64,000 bases of DNA, taken from positions 86,118,001-86,182,000 of the forward strand of contig OX597820.1 of assembly GCA_951406725.2 (NCBI GenBank), written 5' to 3'. This document shows positions 38,560 to 52,539 of this stretch, piece after piece; the first letter of the stretch is position 1; the number at the start of each line of letters is the position of its first letter. Origin of the DNA: Octopus vulgaris. Lineage: Eukaryota. The notes beneath the pieces were generated by a model, which saw nothing but the letters and a program-made list of their open reading frames with translations, was not told the DNA's origin and did no database searches. The translations under genes and the position numbers were made by a program.

Positions 38560-40060
38560 GCGATATTTTTACTAAATATTTTCAGTGACAATTGTTGGTC
38601 ACTGCTGCTGTTGGATTTCAAGGTATCTTCAAAGAAGCCATCAAGTGGAACTGATACTAGTCGTTCGAAGAGGAACCATAAAGAAATTACAAGAGCTATT
38701 TAACTTGGTGTTTTAAAACGCCTTGATACAGGAGAAAATAAAAATCGGGCACATTACGAAAACATTAATTGTTGCAACATCTATAGTGCAAAGAACACAA
38801 TAGAGAGGAAAAGAAATCAAATGCTCAAGAAGCCATTCCGTTAAGTGCTCGGATCTCTTCTGTTTTGCGAATTTAATGTGATGCTTGAAATGGAACGGCT
38901 CCAAAGTGTATGAATCAAGGATCAGACTTGATGTGTTTTTCTGAAAAGCATGATGGTAATTATTACAAAGCTAAATGCTTGTATGACGATATACTGATGA
39001 AGGAGAAACTTCTGTTGAAAAACATTTTCTGGCTTTTCAAATTATACAGCTGCCAGTGCTGATACAGAAAGTACTTCAGATTATTATGAGCCGATGAAGA
39101 AAATGATTGCTGAAGGGGCTTCTCGCAAGTTAAAATTCACAATGTGAACGAAACTGCGCTTTTCTGTAGCATATACCCGCTATTATATTTTTTCACGAGG
39201 GGAATCAACACCAGGATTTAAAGTGTCCTAAACTTTGTACGACACTTCTCCTGGGAGGAAATGTATCTGCTTATGTGAAAATAAAACCTCTACTCGTTTT
39301 TCATAAAGAATAAAGCGTTTTCAAGAGTGATGCAAAATTTAATCTACCTCTGATTTGGCATTTGAAAGGACACATGAATGACTAAGAGTGTTTTCGAAGA
39401 GTGGCTTACAAGCATGTTTTGGACTGCTGTAGGAAATGACAGCCCCCTCCCCCAAATTATTTCCAACAAAGCATTGTCCATTTTAGAGAATTCTCTAACC
39501 ACTAAGTGAACTTACATATGATGGGAGACAAGGATATAACCCCATAAGCAGAATTAATTTTCTTTAATGGATGAATGTGCGATAGCTATCTGCAAGAACT
39601 TTCAAAGAACTCATGAAAGTCAATGACTGGAAAGATAAAGCTACTGCTATAGACTAGTGGAAGAAGTTAAACATAAGGAATGCTGTGATAGCATAGCTAA
39701 GACATAGGATGAAATATTACGATGTTTGTACAGGCAGAAAATCTACAGTTGCAAATGAGATAAGGTAGCAAGAATCTAAAGAAGATCATGTGATTGAGTG
39801 ACTAGTATTGCAGACACAAAGCTCATCTAACGAAAAGTTGATGCTTTTAGAAGAGCAACTTAAGAAGAAAAATAGGAAGACGGAAATTCCACCAACTCCA
39901 CTTAAACTGACTACAATGAATATTGCTTGAAGGTTCATCCTTAGGGTGATGGCCTTCAAAATGTTGCTAATAACAATGCTAACTGTGAACAACACTGTGC
40001 AACAGAAAGAGACGGTGAGATACAAGCAAATAACTTTGAATAACTTCTCCCCTCCTAAAG
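38560..40060 (+). mobile_element. Tigger/pogo-like transposase relic, highly decayed
   Basis: MERLQSV-I, NVNETALF, PGFKV, TLLLGGN motifs in the expected order. Confidence 0.6.
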
Positions 40061-40219
40061 CAGATGCTCATGAACTAAGATAGATAAGTGACCCTCATCC
40101 TTACATTAACTCACATCTCTCTTACCCTTTTCTAATTTAGTTGCAGATGAATCCGTTATGATTAAAATCCTCATACGTATTACCGCTCAAAATTTTGTTT
40201 CCTAATGAATACATAAATA

Positions 40220-40433
40220 TTGATTTCAAACTTTGGAACAAGCCATCAATTTCGAGGGAAAGGGCAAATCGATTACATTTACAGCAGTACTCAAATGGTA
40301 CTTATTTTATCGACCCCGAAAAGATGAAAGACAAAGTCGACCTCGGCTAAATTCAAACTCAGAACATGAAGACTGACGAAATGCCGCTAAGCATTTCCTC
40401 CGGGATGATAACAATTCTGCCATCTCACCACCT
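40220..40433 (-). mobile_element. SINE family B
   Basis: GGTACTTATTTTATCGACCCCGAAAAGATGAAAGACAAAGTCGACCTCGG. Confidence 0.85.
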
Positions 40434-41639
40434 TAATGATTACATATATATTCATGCAAATCTTATCATATACAACATTTCCAACTGGATACTTCCTCTA
40501 TAATCTATATATATATATATCTATAAATAGGTTTTCAATAGTTTGCCCTTAGTGTTATTATCAGTTATTAACGCTATCCCCTAAGTTTTTTCACCAATAA
40601 TATAAATAATGTACCTATAAATTTGCCAAACTGGGTAATGTAAATGAATACTCTGCACATTTCTCTACAGTCGCCACTTCACCATCATGCTTTTCCTCTT
40701 CCCTTGCACACCCCCCGTCCTACCACATCAATTATTCTCTACTCGCTCTCTCAACCCGTCTCAAACTATTCCAATTGAAACGAATTACGACGCACATCAG
40801 GCTTGTATCCTATTGAACATACAACAGACTCCAATAAATGTCCTGGGATTTATCTTATCGAAAACGAATCTACTTAGAATCGAATCCACAGATTTTGTTT
40901 TATCATTGTTGTCTACGTCGTTGCTGCTGTTGCTATTGTTGTTGATGATGCGGTTGTGGTTGTGAAGTCTTGCTTCGTCTATATTTTATATAGTTTTGTG
41001 AGTCCTACTCCTACCATTCTTTCATTCTCAGGCTCTTTCTCTCTTTCTTTCCTTGTCTATCACCGTGCTACAACTTCTGCTGAAATGAATTTTTATGGCA
41101 TTATTTATTGATGAAGAACATTATTGATATATATTTCTATAGGTGTGCGTGGTTCTAGCCGTTGAAGACGTGGGCGTTTGTGGATGTGAGTGTGTGTTTA
41201 TGTGGGTATATATATATATACATACACACATACTTTGACGTGGCTGTATGATTAAGACGTTTGCTTTGCTATCCATGCGGTCTTGAATTCAGTCCGATTG
41301 CGCAGCAACTATCTTCTAATATAGTAACAGATCGAGTGAAGCTTTGTCGTGATTTTAATAAACAGACTCTAAAAGAACCCCACTGTACGTGTTTGTGTGG
41401 GACCTTGTACGTATGTATGTGTAGGTGTCCTACAACAGACCGTTAACGCAGCAGCTTACTCTAGCATGTTCCTGACTCCAAACATCTTCGCTCTCTTCTT
41501 TGACATTGAACCAGTCGCGAATAAGTCAAGTTGTGCAGTGAAAGATTGCGCACCCTTCTCATCATTGGATAAAATTCTTTGTGCAAACTTCTTTCTTCAT
41601 TTTCCTCTTCCACTTATTTTCTTGTGTTGCTACTCTATC

Positions 41640-42570
41640 AGTGGATCGCAGAGGGCAACGGGGGCAAGGATGGATGATTTTGGAAGCCACAAGCTTGAAG
41701 CTTTCCCGATGTCGGCAGAAGTATGATAATCACTGAAGTCTGCATCTGGGTAAAGTACGCGCCTTAATTGATGCCCATATATCTGTTTAGGGAAGGCACT
41801 ACATACTTCAATCCTAGGAACGGCCTAGTAAAGGTGACCCAAATACTGCTTTCCCTGTTCTCCTTGCTCAGAAAACCGCACCTGAGGGTTAATCCCTCTA
41901 GGAGAGTCGAAACTTCGAGAAACTGTTAAGTACTTCCTGGAATAGCACAACCTAACTTAACTTTCTTAAGATTTACACCATCAAAGGATTGCTCTGGTTG
42001 CATACCAGCTTAATCACAACAACGTCAACATAGCGACCCTTTACGAGACGGGCTTCTCAGAGGAAAGCTCTCTCGCTGAAAGGGAGACGGATACACATTC
42101 TGCTGGATGGGTTCTCCCGATGGCGACGATAGAACTCATATGACCTTTACCTTGAAAACTACAATTGCAAGTACGCTGGCAGAACTTCCTCTCAGCCTCT
42201 ATCACTTGCAACTCGCTCATGACTTGCAACTCGCTCTCTACAAAGACCAATACGTCTCCGCCATCAGTGCCTATGAGCTTACCTTAGACTCTCCTGAAGA
42301 AGCCAGAGATAGGTTCCACATGTCCCTAGATAATGTCATCCAAAGGATACCCAAGTCTGATAAGATCATTCTGCTAAAAGATTTCAATGTCAGGGTTGTT
42401 AAAAGTAATCTCTTCTGGCCCGGGGTTATTGGTTGTCATGGTATTGAGAAAAAAAGAACAGCAATAGCTTTCGTCTTCTAACTCCTTGTTCTCAACATGA
42501 ACTGGTCATTATCAACACAGTTTCCTAGCTACCGGACTATTCACAACGGTGAATGCGTCCTCGATCCGTA
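41640..42570 (+). mobile_element. RTE-clade LINE 5' region and endonuclease remnant
   Basis: AISAYELTL..EEARDRFHMSLDNVIQRIPKSDKIILLKDFNVRV..GVIGCHG. Confidence 0.75.
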
Positions 42571-43032
42571 TCAATCATTTATAATATATGTGTGTGCGCG
42601 CGTATGCGTAGCTGTGTGTGTGCGCGCACATGCGTAGCTGTGTGCGCACATGCGTGTGTGTGTCTATCACAATACGAAAATAAGAAACAATTCTGAAGTG
42701 AACATACGTGAGATGATTGGATGAGGAATATCTCCGTTTTTGTTTATGATGCAACTAAGTAGCTTTATTAACAATGGACGGACACTTACAATACTATCCA
42801 TTCCAGCTGTTACATGTATGATTAATACAAGAAATACCATACGGCAGCAGATTTATAATATATAACAGTAACAAATAAGTAATTAACGAAGTCATTTTAT
42901 TTCTATTTTTTTATTATCTCTCTTCTGTGTGCTCTCACGTTTTACGCCATTTTCATTCCAGCATTGACCTTTCAAATTCATTCTACAACATTTTTTCATA
43001 CCTGCTAATTATAGTAACACACACACACACGC

Positions 43033-43148
<116 letters not shown>

Positions 43149-43343
43149 CGTCAGTGTTATAAGATGTTAAAAGATATGTATAATATGATTTTTGCATTCT
43201 TTGTTACCTACTCCCCGAATATACACCAGCCATCCTGTCTCATTAAAATATTTGTGAATTACTAAAAACACACGTATGTTACGAACACCATCCTGCCGCA
43301 ATTTTAGTGAAATGTACATATTCATAACCGTATATATACATCT

Positions 43344-43960
43344 TTTTTGGCCATATGTGAGTTACAAATACTGTTGTGTGGAGACATATTTTTGTAATAA
43401 AAGGAAATAGTAGTCATTTGACTGCTATTTCTAAAATTCTTGGTATGTGGTTATGTGTTTACCGAATATGGTCCTTTTACATACCGAGATACTACTAGGT
43501 GAAAGTTGTTGATTTTATTAAATTAATTATATTTCACCCTATATCTGTAATGATTATTTTACTCCCCTACGACAAAACTACGAATCTTTTTTCGGCAGTA
43601 CTATTTTGTGACTCACGTTGTAAAAATTCTGGAGGGAAATACGAATTCACTTGTCTATATAAATGTGGATATGCTGATTAGCTTTTATATGTTTCGATGT
43701 CGCTTGATCGAAAATATAGGAGGTAAGTTTTCCTAGCATTTCTAGATTTATCGGAATATTATGTTGATGAAGGAAATGAGTTTTATGATTCTAATCCAGA
43801 AACGTACGTCCATAATTAACCAAAGATTGTTTGATTTCATTATTTTTCTTTTTTGCCATATGTGAGTTACAAATATTGTTGTCTGTGGAGACATATTTTT
43901 GTAGTAAAAGGAAATAGTAGTCCTTTGGCTGCTATTTTAAAAATTTTCGGTATGTGGTTA
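43344..43960. repeat. About 110-bp dispersed direct repeat (43344-43452 and 43850-43960)
   Basis: GCCATATGTGAGTTACAAATA..GGAGACATATTTTTGTA..AAAAGGAAATAGTAGTC..GGTATGTGGTTA twice. Confidence 0.85.
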
Positions 43961-44079
43961 AGCAACTTGTTGCAAAAACCCTTATTGTCATAATTATACT
44001 TGTATATATATATATATGTGTGTGTGTGTGAGTGTGTATGTGTGTGTCTGTGTGTGTGTGTGGGGGGGTGTCTGTGTGT

Positions 44080-44387
44080 GGAGGCGCAATGGCCCAGTGA
44101 TTAGGGTAGCGGACTCGCTGTCGTGGCATCGTGGTTTCGACTCCCAGACCGGGCGTTGTGAGTGTTTATGGAGCAAAAATACCTAAAAGGCTCCATGAGG
44201 CTCCGGCAGTGGGTGTTGGTGATCCCTGCTGTACACTTTCGCCACAACTCTCTCTCACTCTTGCTTCTGTTGGCCTGCTGGCTTGGCCAGCGGAGAGGCG
44301 TCATTTAAAGGCTAAAATAATGCGGAGCGCATTGTGACCAGCGATGTGTAGCAACATCTGATAGCTTGGTCGGTCACGATGATCACG

Positions 44388-44392
<5 letters not shown>
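44080..44392 (+). mobile_element. SINE family C, near full length
   Basis: Homologous to 7290-7538, with A/B boxes. Confidence 0.88.
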
Positions 44393-44422
<30 letters not shown>

Positions 44423-44924
44423 GCTTATCAATATGTGTTGCAAGATTCATGATGTGAAGAAACTCTGTGTTGAAACCGTTATTTTTGTATTTCGGGATGG
44501 TCATATTTTTTTTTTGCCGAATAAACTCACACAAAATATATGTTCTCCACTCGTTTATATTTGTTCTAATTTTATTCGTTTAATTCATGTTCATTGTCCG
44601 GAAACCTGTTATCACTCAACAGTGACATCTCCATCGGCTCTTTTCGTTTTCGTATGTGTCGTTGTTTGTGTGTGTGTGTATGTGTGTGTGTGTGTGTGTG
44701 CGTTTGTGTGTATGTGTGTGCGTATACTTGTGTGTGTTTCACAGTTTCTAGCAGCATTGTGGCATTCCCCTCAGAAGCCCCATCCTCCCACCCCATTGTG
44801 CCGCTGATAACACCGGGAGCAAGGTACATACACACAAGCAAACAGAAACAGTAATAAACGAGTGAAGAAAAAAATACATAGTGCGAATGATTATTTGGTA
44901 GGAAAAAAATTACCATCCTGAAAT

Positions 44925-44991
<67 letters not shown>

Positions 44992-45050
44992 AACACACAC
45001 ACACATATATATATACAGAAACACATACACACACACACACATATATATAT

Positions 45051-45489
45051 ATATAAATAGATGAGTGTATTTTTACCTTGTTAACAATTAACACGGAAAA
45101 ATAAATAAATAGTTACCAGGGCAGCAAAAATCTCACAAGTAAAGATGTTGTAACTCCTTGTTTATAAAGGTAGAAACTTCGTGTTTACGTTGAATATTTG
45201 AATAATATGAATAAAAAATGGAGTTAATGCAGGTGTAAACAAATATTTTTACTTTCGATACATGTTTCGAAAATTCCACTGATACTATTCAAAAGAATAA
45301 ATGATATAAACAATGCAGTCTTCTCTTCGGGAAAGTGAAAAAAACGAAACTCGTCAATACGACATTTTAGCAAAAAATGATGGATTTGTATAGCGATAGA
45401 CAGAACGCTATTAATATTGTTTAAAAAAACGTTATATGATATAACGTCATAAGTAGCTAACAGAAAGAGTAGGGATATTAATAGTGAAT
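45051..45489 (-). mobile_element. Solo PLE pseudo-LTR-like repeat containing a hammerhead (45251-45336)
   Basis: Reverse complement of 60977-61417; ACTTTC-CCGAAGA..GAAA-CATGT-ATC-GAAAGT. Confidence 0.8.
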
Positions 45490-45750
45490 TACCTGGTGCA
45501 TTACCTCAGTATGTATGGTCCTTGGTATAAGGTGTACGGTAGTACATTTTAAATTTCGAGTATGTGCGATGTTTATTTTGGATTTTGTCGACTACACAGT
45601 ATAGTAGAGTCATCTGGGGACAGTCTCTGAAAAAAAACACCACTATGACGAAATTCACTCTGCCATATATTTGGAAATGGCATGCTTTACTACCTGGCAT
45701 TCGCGCGGAAAGATCTAATACGAATATTTCAGTGTTTGGTATCAATCTGA

Positions 45751-45915
45751 AGCATAGGAGTGGCTGTGTGGTAGGTAGCTTCCTTACGAATCACATGGTT
45801 CCGGGTTCAGTCCCACTGAGTGGCACCTTGAGCAAATGTCTTCTACTATAGACTCGGGCCGACCAAAGCATTGTGAGCGGATTTGGTAGACGGAAACTGA
45901 AAAGAAGCCTGTTGT
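45751..45915 (+). mobile_element. SINE family A 5' part
   Basis: AGGAGTGGCTGTGTGGTAGG..GGTTCCGGGTTCAGTCCCACTG. Confidence 0.88.
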
Positions 45916-46628
45916 ATAAATGTATATATATATATGTGTGTGTGTATGTGCGTGTGTGTGTGTGTATGTGTTTGTGCGTCTGTGTTTGTTTGGGGTTTTT
46001 TTGCTAAAATTCCGGCGACGAGTAACTCTGGATTTCACTCCCGTATACTCATGTATTTAGAGGGATTAGATGTGCGATACTATCCTCGTATTTCCCATCG
46101 TAGGTAGGCAGATTTGCCATCTTACTACAATGTGTATTATGTCCGTCTGTCCGCCTGTCCGCCTCTTTGTCCCCTCTTCATTGCCAGACGGCTTGACCAA
46201 TGGTTAAGATATGTTTCGGGGTTACAAAGACAGAAAGTATGATTATTTCATGGATATCGATTTCTGAATTAATTAACCACCTTCGCATTTTTATTAAAAA
46301 TTCACCGACCACGAGAAACTCTGGATTTTTACCGTATAGTTCATGGCCACATCGTAAGTATGAATGGGGTTGCGAGAACGGTTAACGCGAAATTAAAATG
46401 GAAGGAGTGTGTGTCAGTATATAGTGTGTGTGATTATTAAATGGTTATTGAAGTGTGTCAATCTCGAGCAGGATTCGAGACGGCTAATCGAAGAGGCTGT
46501 TGTTTACATCTCAGTTTTGTCAATCGAAATAACCCATCGTGCCAGAACATCCAGACATTATTGGCATAGAACAGCGAGAGTTAAGTCTTAGTCTCATTTT
46601 TTGCAACCCTAAAGAATCCGTCCGCACA

Positions 46629-46794
46629 TTCACAGCAAACAAGGCACAGGGTCAGGCTTTAAATCGTGTAGGTGTATTTTTACCCACACCGATGTTTACA
46701 CTCGGCCAATCATACTTTGCTATGAGTAGAACAACGGGCTCCAATAATTACTGCTGACCAAACAGAAAATATCGTCTAGAGAGAGGTTTTGTAA
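46629..46794 (+). pseudogene. Helitron RepHel (PIF1 helicase) C-terminal remnant
   Basis: FTANKAQGQALNRVGVFLPTPMFTLGQSYFAMSR (helicase motifs V/VI), then TENIV-REVL*. Confidence 0.8.
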
Positions 46795-47857
46795 TCATAT
46801 TGATATTAATGAAAGGAATATGATTCGTAATTTAAATGAGAACATTTGTCAACATTGAGTGTATAAGAGTATAAACAAGTGCAAAGTAGAGTAAACAACT
46901 AAAATAAAAGTATATCTAAATAACATTTTTTTTTGTTAATACTTTTTATGTAGTGTTCGTAGGAAGCTCTGGCATTCGTTAGGAGTGGTCCACATAACTA
47001 TCCATGATATAGAGGCTGAGAGCCTGTTTCAGTTTGGGAGTGAATCGTCATCACATGTCACTTCGTCGCAAGTACATATCATATAGATGCCATAGAATGC
47101 TGTATCACCAACAATAATGTGATTTCTCTAAGACATCACCCAGTAATCTATCAGGTCTATTTACACATTTCTAAAAAGATACTGCTGCTATGACTTCCCT
47201 CCCTCAATTTATACCTCCATCGTAGATGAGTGGATTTGCTAGTATTAATTAACTTTTCAAAAATAATGAGTATATATATGCGTATTAATTTTTCCTGCAC
47301 CCGTGCATTAGCATATATATACACGTATGCACATTCACGCACCTACACACATGCGTGTGTGTTGTCGTTCCATCTGCACAAAATAGCAGTCATTTCTCCC
47401 TCATCTCTTAATAAACAGTACCTAGGAAAAAAATGAGATTGCTACGGCTAAAATGCCTTTCATCATAGTTCGGCTCAAACTGAACTTACATGGGACTAAA
47501 CAAAAATAAATCAGATTTACCGGCAAAGGAAGGGCGCTAAAGATAATGCACTCCGTTATGTATATTTATGGTTGGATGGTTATAGGTTTTGACTATTTTC
47601 AGTTGGATTACAGCTGACGCGGAGCTACGCAATAAAATTAGCTGACTGACATTAATGTTGTCTTTTTCCCTGCACAAGGTTGTTTTTTTCTTAAGATAAT
47701 GATAAATGTTGATTTATTAACCCTTAAATGATAGGTGTTTTTCTTGTTTGAATCAAGCCTGGGCCAATCTCTGATAAAAGGGTACTACTTTGACGTACAT
47801 TCTACCGCAGGATCCGTAATCTGCGCTATGACATTATCTGAACAGCGTTAGGAACTA

Positions 47858-47995
47858 GTTTAGAGTTTAGGGTTATGTTAAGGTTTGGTAAGGATTATGG
47901 TAAGGATTGGGGTTTAGGATTTCGGATTAAGGTTAGATTTTAGGGATAGGGTTAGATTTCCTTCTTAGGGTTAGGTTTTCTTCTTTGGGTTAGGA
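47858..47995 (+). repeat. Degenerate (TTAGGG)n-like tract
   Basis: Repeated TTAGGG/TAAGG/TTAGGA variants. Confidence 0.55.
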
Positions 47996-48939
47996 TACTG
48001 CACACGAAAACGCACACTAATATGTAAATGGCTAGGTAGATCGTACGCAAAGTGGCGCCTATAAAAGTACATTTGTTATTTATTGAGTTTGGAACATATT
48101 TTAAACAGATTATCTCGTAATAACGAGAGTACTTAGAACAAATTGTTTCTACCCTCGATTGCTCGAAAGTGAAAACTAGAGTTATTTCGACACCATGATA
48201 CACTATTATTGGCGATAATGATTGTTCGTAAGAAAAACACTCGCGAGAAGGAATAGAGAGAAACCACGACGTGGATGGTTGAGAAAGATCAAGGAATGTC
48301 GAAAGTAAAAAGCAGTGAAATGCATTAGGTTGTTGGTTAACTGGCGTAAATGGAGAATGAATGTTCTGTGTCTTGTGTACGTAAAATCTGCAAAGGCAAC
48401 AGTTATTGATAGTTTGATAAGTAGTAACAACATTGAAGTTGTTTCTCATAAAACTAGTTCCGTCTTTACTTTCGAAGTCTCAGTAGACTTCGCTCCAAAA
48501 GGTTAATTATATTTATATTAGTGAAACATGCTTGCATAATGATAGATTAAATATAGTCTTGTATGAACCTGCATTTAGTTTATTGACCTATTTGTGTATG
48601 TTATTTTCTAATGTGCTAGAAGGGGTGACGGTATGTTCTCTTAAACTTCGTGCTTCTTTTTTATGTAAATTTCTATATGAAAAAAAAAAAGAATAATTGG
48701 TTTCATGTATAGAAAGAATGACAATAAGATTTTTGCTTGACATACCGTCAGTTCAAGGAAATAAGATCACAAATCTTTCATGGATGCAGAGTAGGAGGAA
48801 AAGAGTCTGGGAATTTATTTTAGTTTTTATTTCGCATTTAATTTTATTTTCCATTATTTTTCTTCTGGTGATGTTATTGGAATACTTCACAGTAGCATGC
48901 TGCATCTTTCATCTTTTATAATCCAACCGGGAGCCAGTT

Positions 48940-49068
48940 TTTGTTGTTGTTGTTGTTGTTGTTGTTGTTCTCCTCCTCCTCCAGTTTTTTCTTCTTCTTC
49001 GTTTTCTTCTTCTTCATCTTTTTGTCTCCACAATCTATTCAATATACTTTTACTCCCCATCGTCTATA

Positions 49069-49102
<34 letters not shown>

Positions 49103-49240
49103 TTATTACTACTACTACTACTACTACCTCCACTACTACTACTATCACTACTACTACTACTACAAGTAGTAGTAGTAGTAGTTGTTGTTGTTGCTGTAGT
49201 AGTAGTATTAGTAGTAGTAGTAGTAGTAGTAGTAGTAGCA
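48940..49240. repeat. Compound trinucleotide microsatellites including inverted (TAC)n/(GTA)n
   Basis: Direct reading. Confidence 0.9.
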
Positions 49241-50287
49241 GCAGTGTTGTAATGTTGTATCAGTAGTGTTGTAATGTTGTATTAGTAGTGCTATTAGTAT
49301 TTCATTTAGTACTATCGTTATTGTGCTTTTAGTTGTTGTTGAAGTCGTCGTCGTCGTTATTGCAGTCATCGCCGTTGTTCTTCTTTGTTGCTTTCTTTGT
49401 TTTGTAGCTGCCTTTGTCGTTGTGTTGTTTTTTTTATGCTTTTGTGTGATTATTGTGTAAGATTATTAATTTTGCAAGAATCTCCATGAGAAACTATGTT
49501 GTATGTCGCTTTAACAAAACCTCGTTTCTTTTGTCTGACGTATTTGTTTGTTGTTTATTATATTTTAACTTTTAATAACTGTTCACAATGACTAGACTCA
49601 ACAAGACGAACCAATATCCTCAAGTAACAAGAAAGTACGAACAATAAAACATTATTAACAACTATACTGATAAAGAATATGAAAGAAAAGAGCAAGACAA
49701 ATCCTTGTGGGGGTTTTATGTGAATGCGTATGCGTTTGTGTGAATGCATTCTTATTGTACGTGTGGTGATTGATACGTGTATAGTTTTGATGTATTTAAT
49801 ATTATATGTTTAATAATTTCACCATCATGTAATTAAAATCAGCTGATGTACTACTTAATATTTTGTTTGCACAGACAGCCAGGTTTTATATAAAAGATAG
49901 CATAAAAGATTTTTCTTTCGTCTTTTTATTTAAATTTTATTTTATCACTTCAAGATTAAAACCGTCTCGTTCGCTCTATACTGTCGTAAATATATGAAAA
50001 CTACCGGTGGTTTATGATATACCATAACTGAAACATAACATACCGTAATAGAACATTATATAACATAGTTTATGCCTGTCATGAGGATAATATAACAGAC
50101 TACAAAGGGCAAGATGTCGCAAGCCAAGGTTTAAAACAAAACTTGTTATTTCTTTATATTGCCTTGTTTGTCATAAAGATTTACCAGTGAAATCACCCGT
50201 TGACACACAGATTTCCTGAACCATAGAAACCAACGAGCAAGTATATGTATATACAGTACGTATGTAACCATTATATGTGTGAATGTG

Positions 50288-50324
<37 letters not shown>

Positions 50325-50615
50325 GCACATACACGCACACAATACATTCACACTTACACACATACACTCAAGATGGTACAAAAAGATTTGTTTTTTACGC
50401 GTAAAGATAGTAAATAGTGCGACATTTGTAATAGTAGTCACGTTAGCGGTGTTAAACCATAACATACTGTTTTATTGCGGGTAGTTTCAAAGTAGATGTC
50501 ATTGTATGTATGTGTAAACATGTATATGTGTGTGTGTGTGACTATAGACTATATAATGTATATATCTTTCTAAATGTATACGCACACACATGCAGATACA
50601 CACAAACACAGCCAC

Positions 50616-50691
<76 letters not shown>

Positions 50692-50739
50692 GCATATGTG
50701 TGTATATATATGCATATGTGTATGTATGTATGTATGTAT

Positions 50740-50771
<32 letters not shown>

Positions 50772-50953
50772 TCCAGGTGGTGACTAGTTCAAAAGATATT
50801 TGTCTGGAACTCAAAGGAGCTCAAAGAAATATTTGAGAGTGAATAAAGATTTAATCCATAATCATGAGTTCGACAAAATACATTCGGTTTCGCGTGTGGC
50901 TTTTGATTTATATAGAGGGTAGAGTTTAATCGCAAAAACATACACATGCAAAG

Positions 50954-51023
<70 letters not shown>

Positions 51024-51582
51024 TGTAAATTTGCGTATAAGTGCATTACTTATGTTTATATATCTAAATGGATACATTGGTATACGAAGATAAATGCACA
51101 CGTACACAATATTTCTACGTGTATAAATGTAAATGTATATAAATTATGTATATGTATATATACCTATCTACCTATTTATCTATATATCTATCGTTATATA
51201 TATACATACACACACAGGCACACACACACATACACACACGCAAGAACGTGTGTGTGTATATGTATGCGTGTGTATGTGTGTGTGTGTGTGTGTGTGCGCG
51301 TGTGTGTCCAAGTATATATGTTTGTATTCGTTTTAGTTTTTATTTGAAGTGGCTTTGGAGAGGAAACAACTTAATCAGAATTTTCCGCCAGGTCTGCGAG
51401 CATAATAAACTTTATTTTCGATGGGTATGTAACCGTTCTCATCTTTTTTCTGTTTATACAACGTAAATATACATCTGTACACACACGTTTCCGTATATGG
51501 GTGCGTGTATGTGTATATGCGTGTGGGTGTCCGTGTATGCCGTGTGCGTGTTTTTGTAATGTGCATATATATATATATATAT

Positions 51583-51626
<44 letters not shown>

Positions 51627-52289
51627 TTATATATACACACACACACAAACATATGGTGGTCTCGTTGTCGTTGTTATCTTTATCTTTGGTTTTGTGCTTT
51701 ATCATGTGCATTTTTTTTGTTTTGTTTATTCTTTCTCATTGTTTTTCTTTCATTCCATTATTACGTTACTTCAAAGAAACTTTAATGACAGCAATACGAT
51801 CGGTTGTCGTACTGATATCGTTGTTATCTAACCTACCTAGAAACAAGTTGTATCGATCTTTAGTTCCCTCTGTCTTCCTCTCTCTCTCTCTCTCTCTATC
51901 TCTCTCTGCCTCTCTCATTCCTCCCAATTTCTTTCTCTGTATACACAATCGCGCACAGACACAGCATAATGTGAGAAAAGAATGAAACAGTGAGATGGAG
52001 ACACAGGGAGAGCGAGAGATCGCAAATGAAATTACATGAACAAATGAACAAAAAAATGAGTTCTCAATACGATTGTAGAATAAAATATATAGTCTAGTAT
52101 AGTAAATGTATGGAGATACAGTAACACATCGTTACAAAAATTTTCATGTCTGTCTTAATAAACCAGACTATCTGACAACGACCTGTGACCTTTGATGAAA
52201 TTATCCTTGATCAAATATAATTTGTACAGGAATATTTCATATATATAAATATGTATGTATGTATGTATATATGTATATCTATCTATCCA

Positions 52290-52388
<99 letters not shown>

Positions 52389-52539
52389 ATATATATATAC
52401 ACATACATATGTATGTCTTTTACCTTTTATTTCTTTGTTTCAATCAAGGGACCGCCGCCATGTTGCAACACCGCCTTGATTGTTTTAGTCAAGCAAATCG
52501 ACGCCAGTGCAGCATATACAAGATGTATATGCGACAGAG

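Noticed and set aside
47858-47995. True telomere or fusion site
   Set aside because: Short, highly degenerate and single-orientation; such tracts commonly occur inside repeats
47717-48507. TTAA-flanked piggyBac-like MITE
   Set aside because: TTAACCCTT / AAAAGGTTAA ends share too little inverted identity
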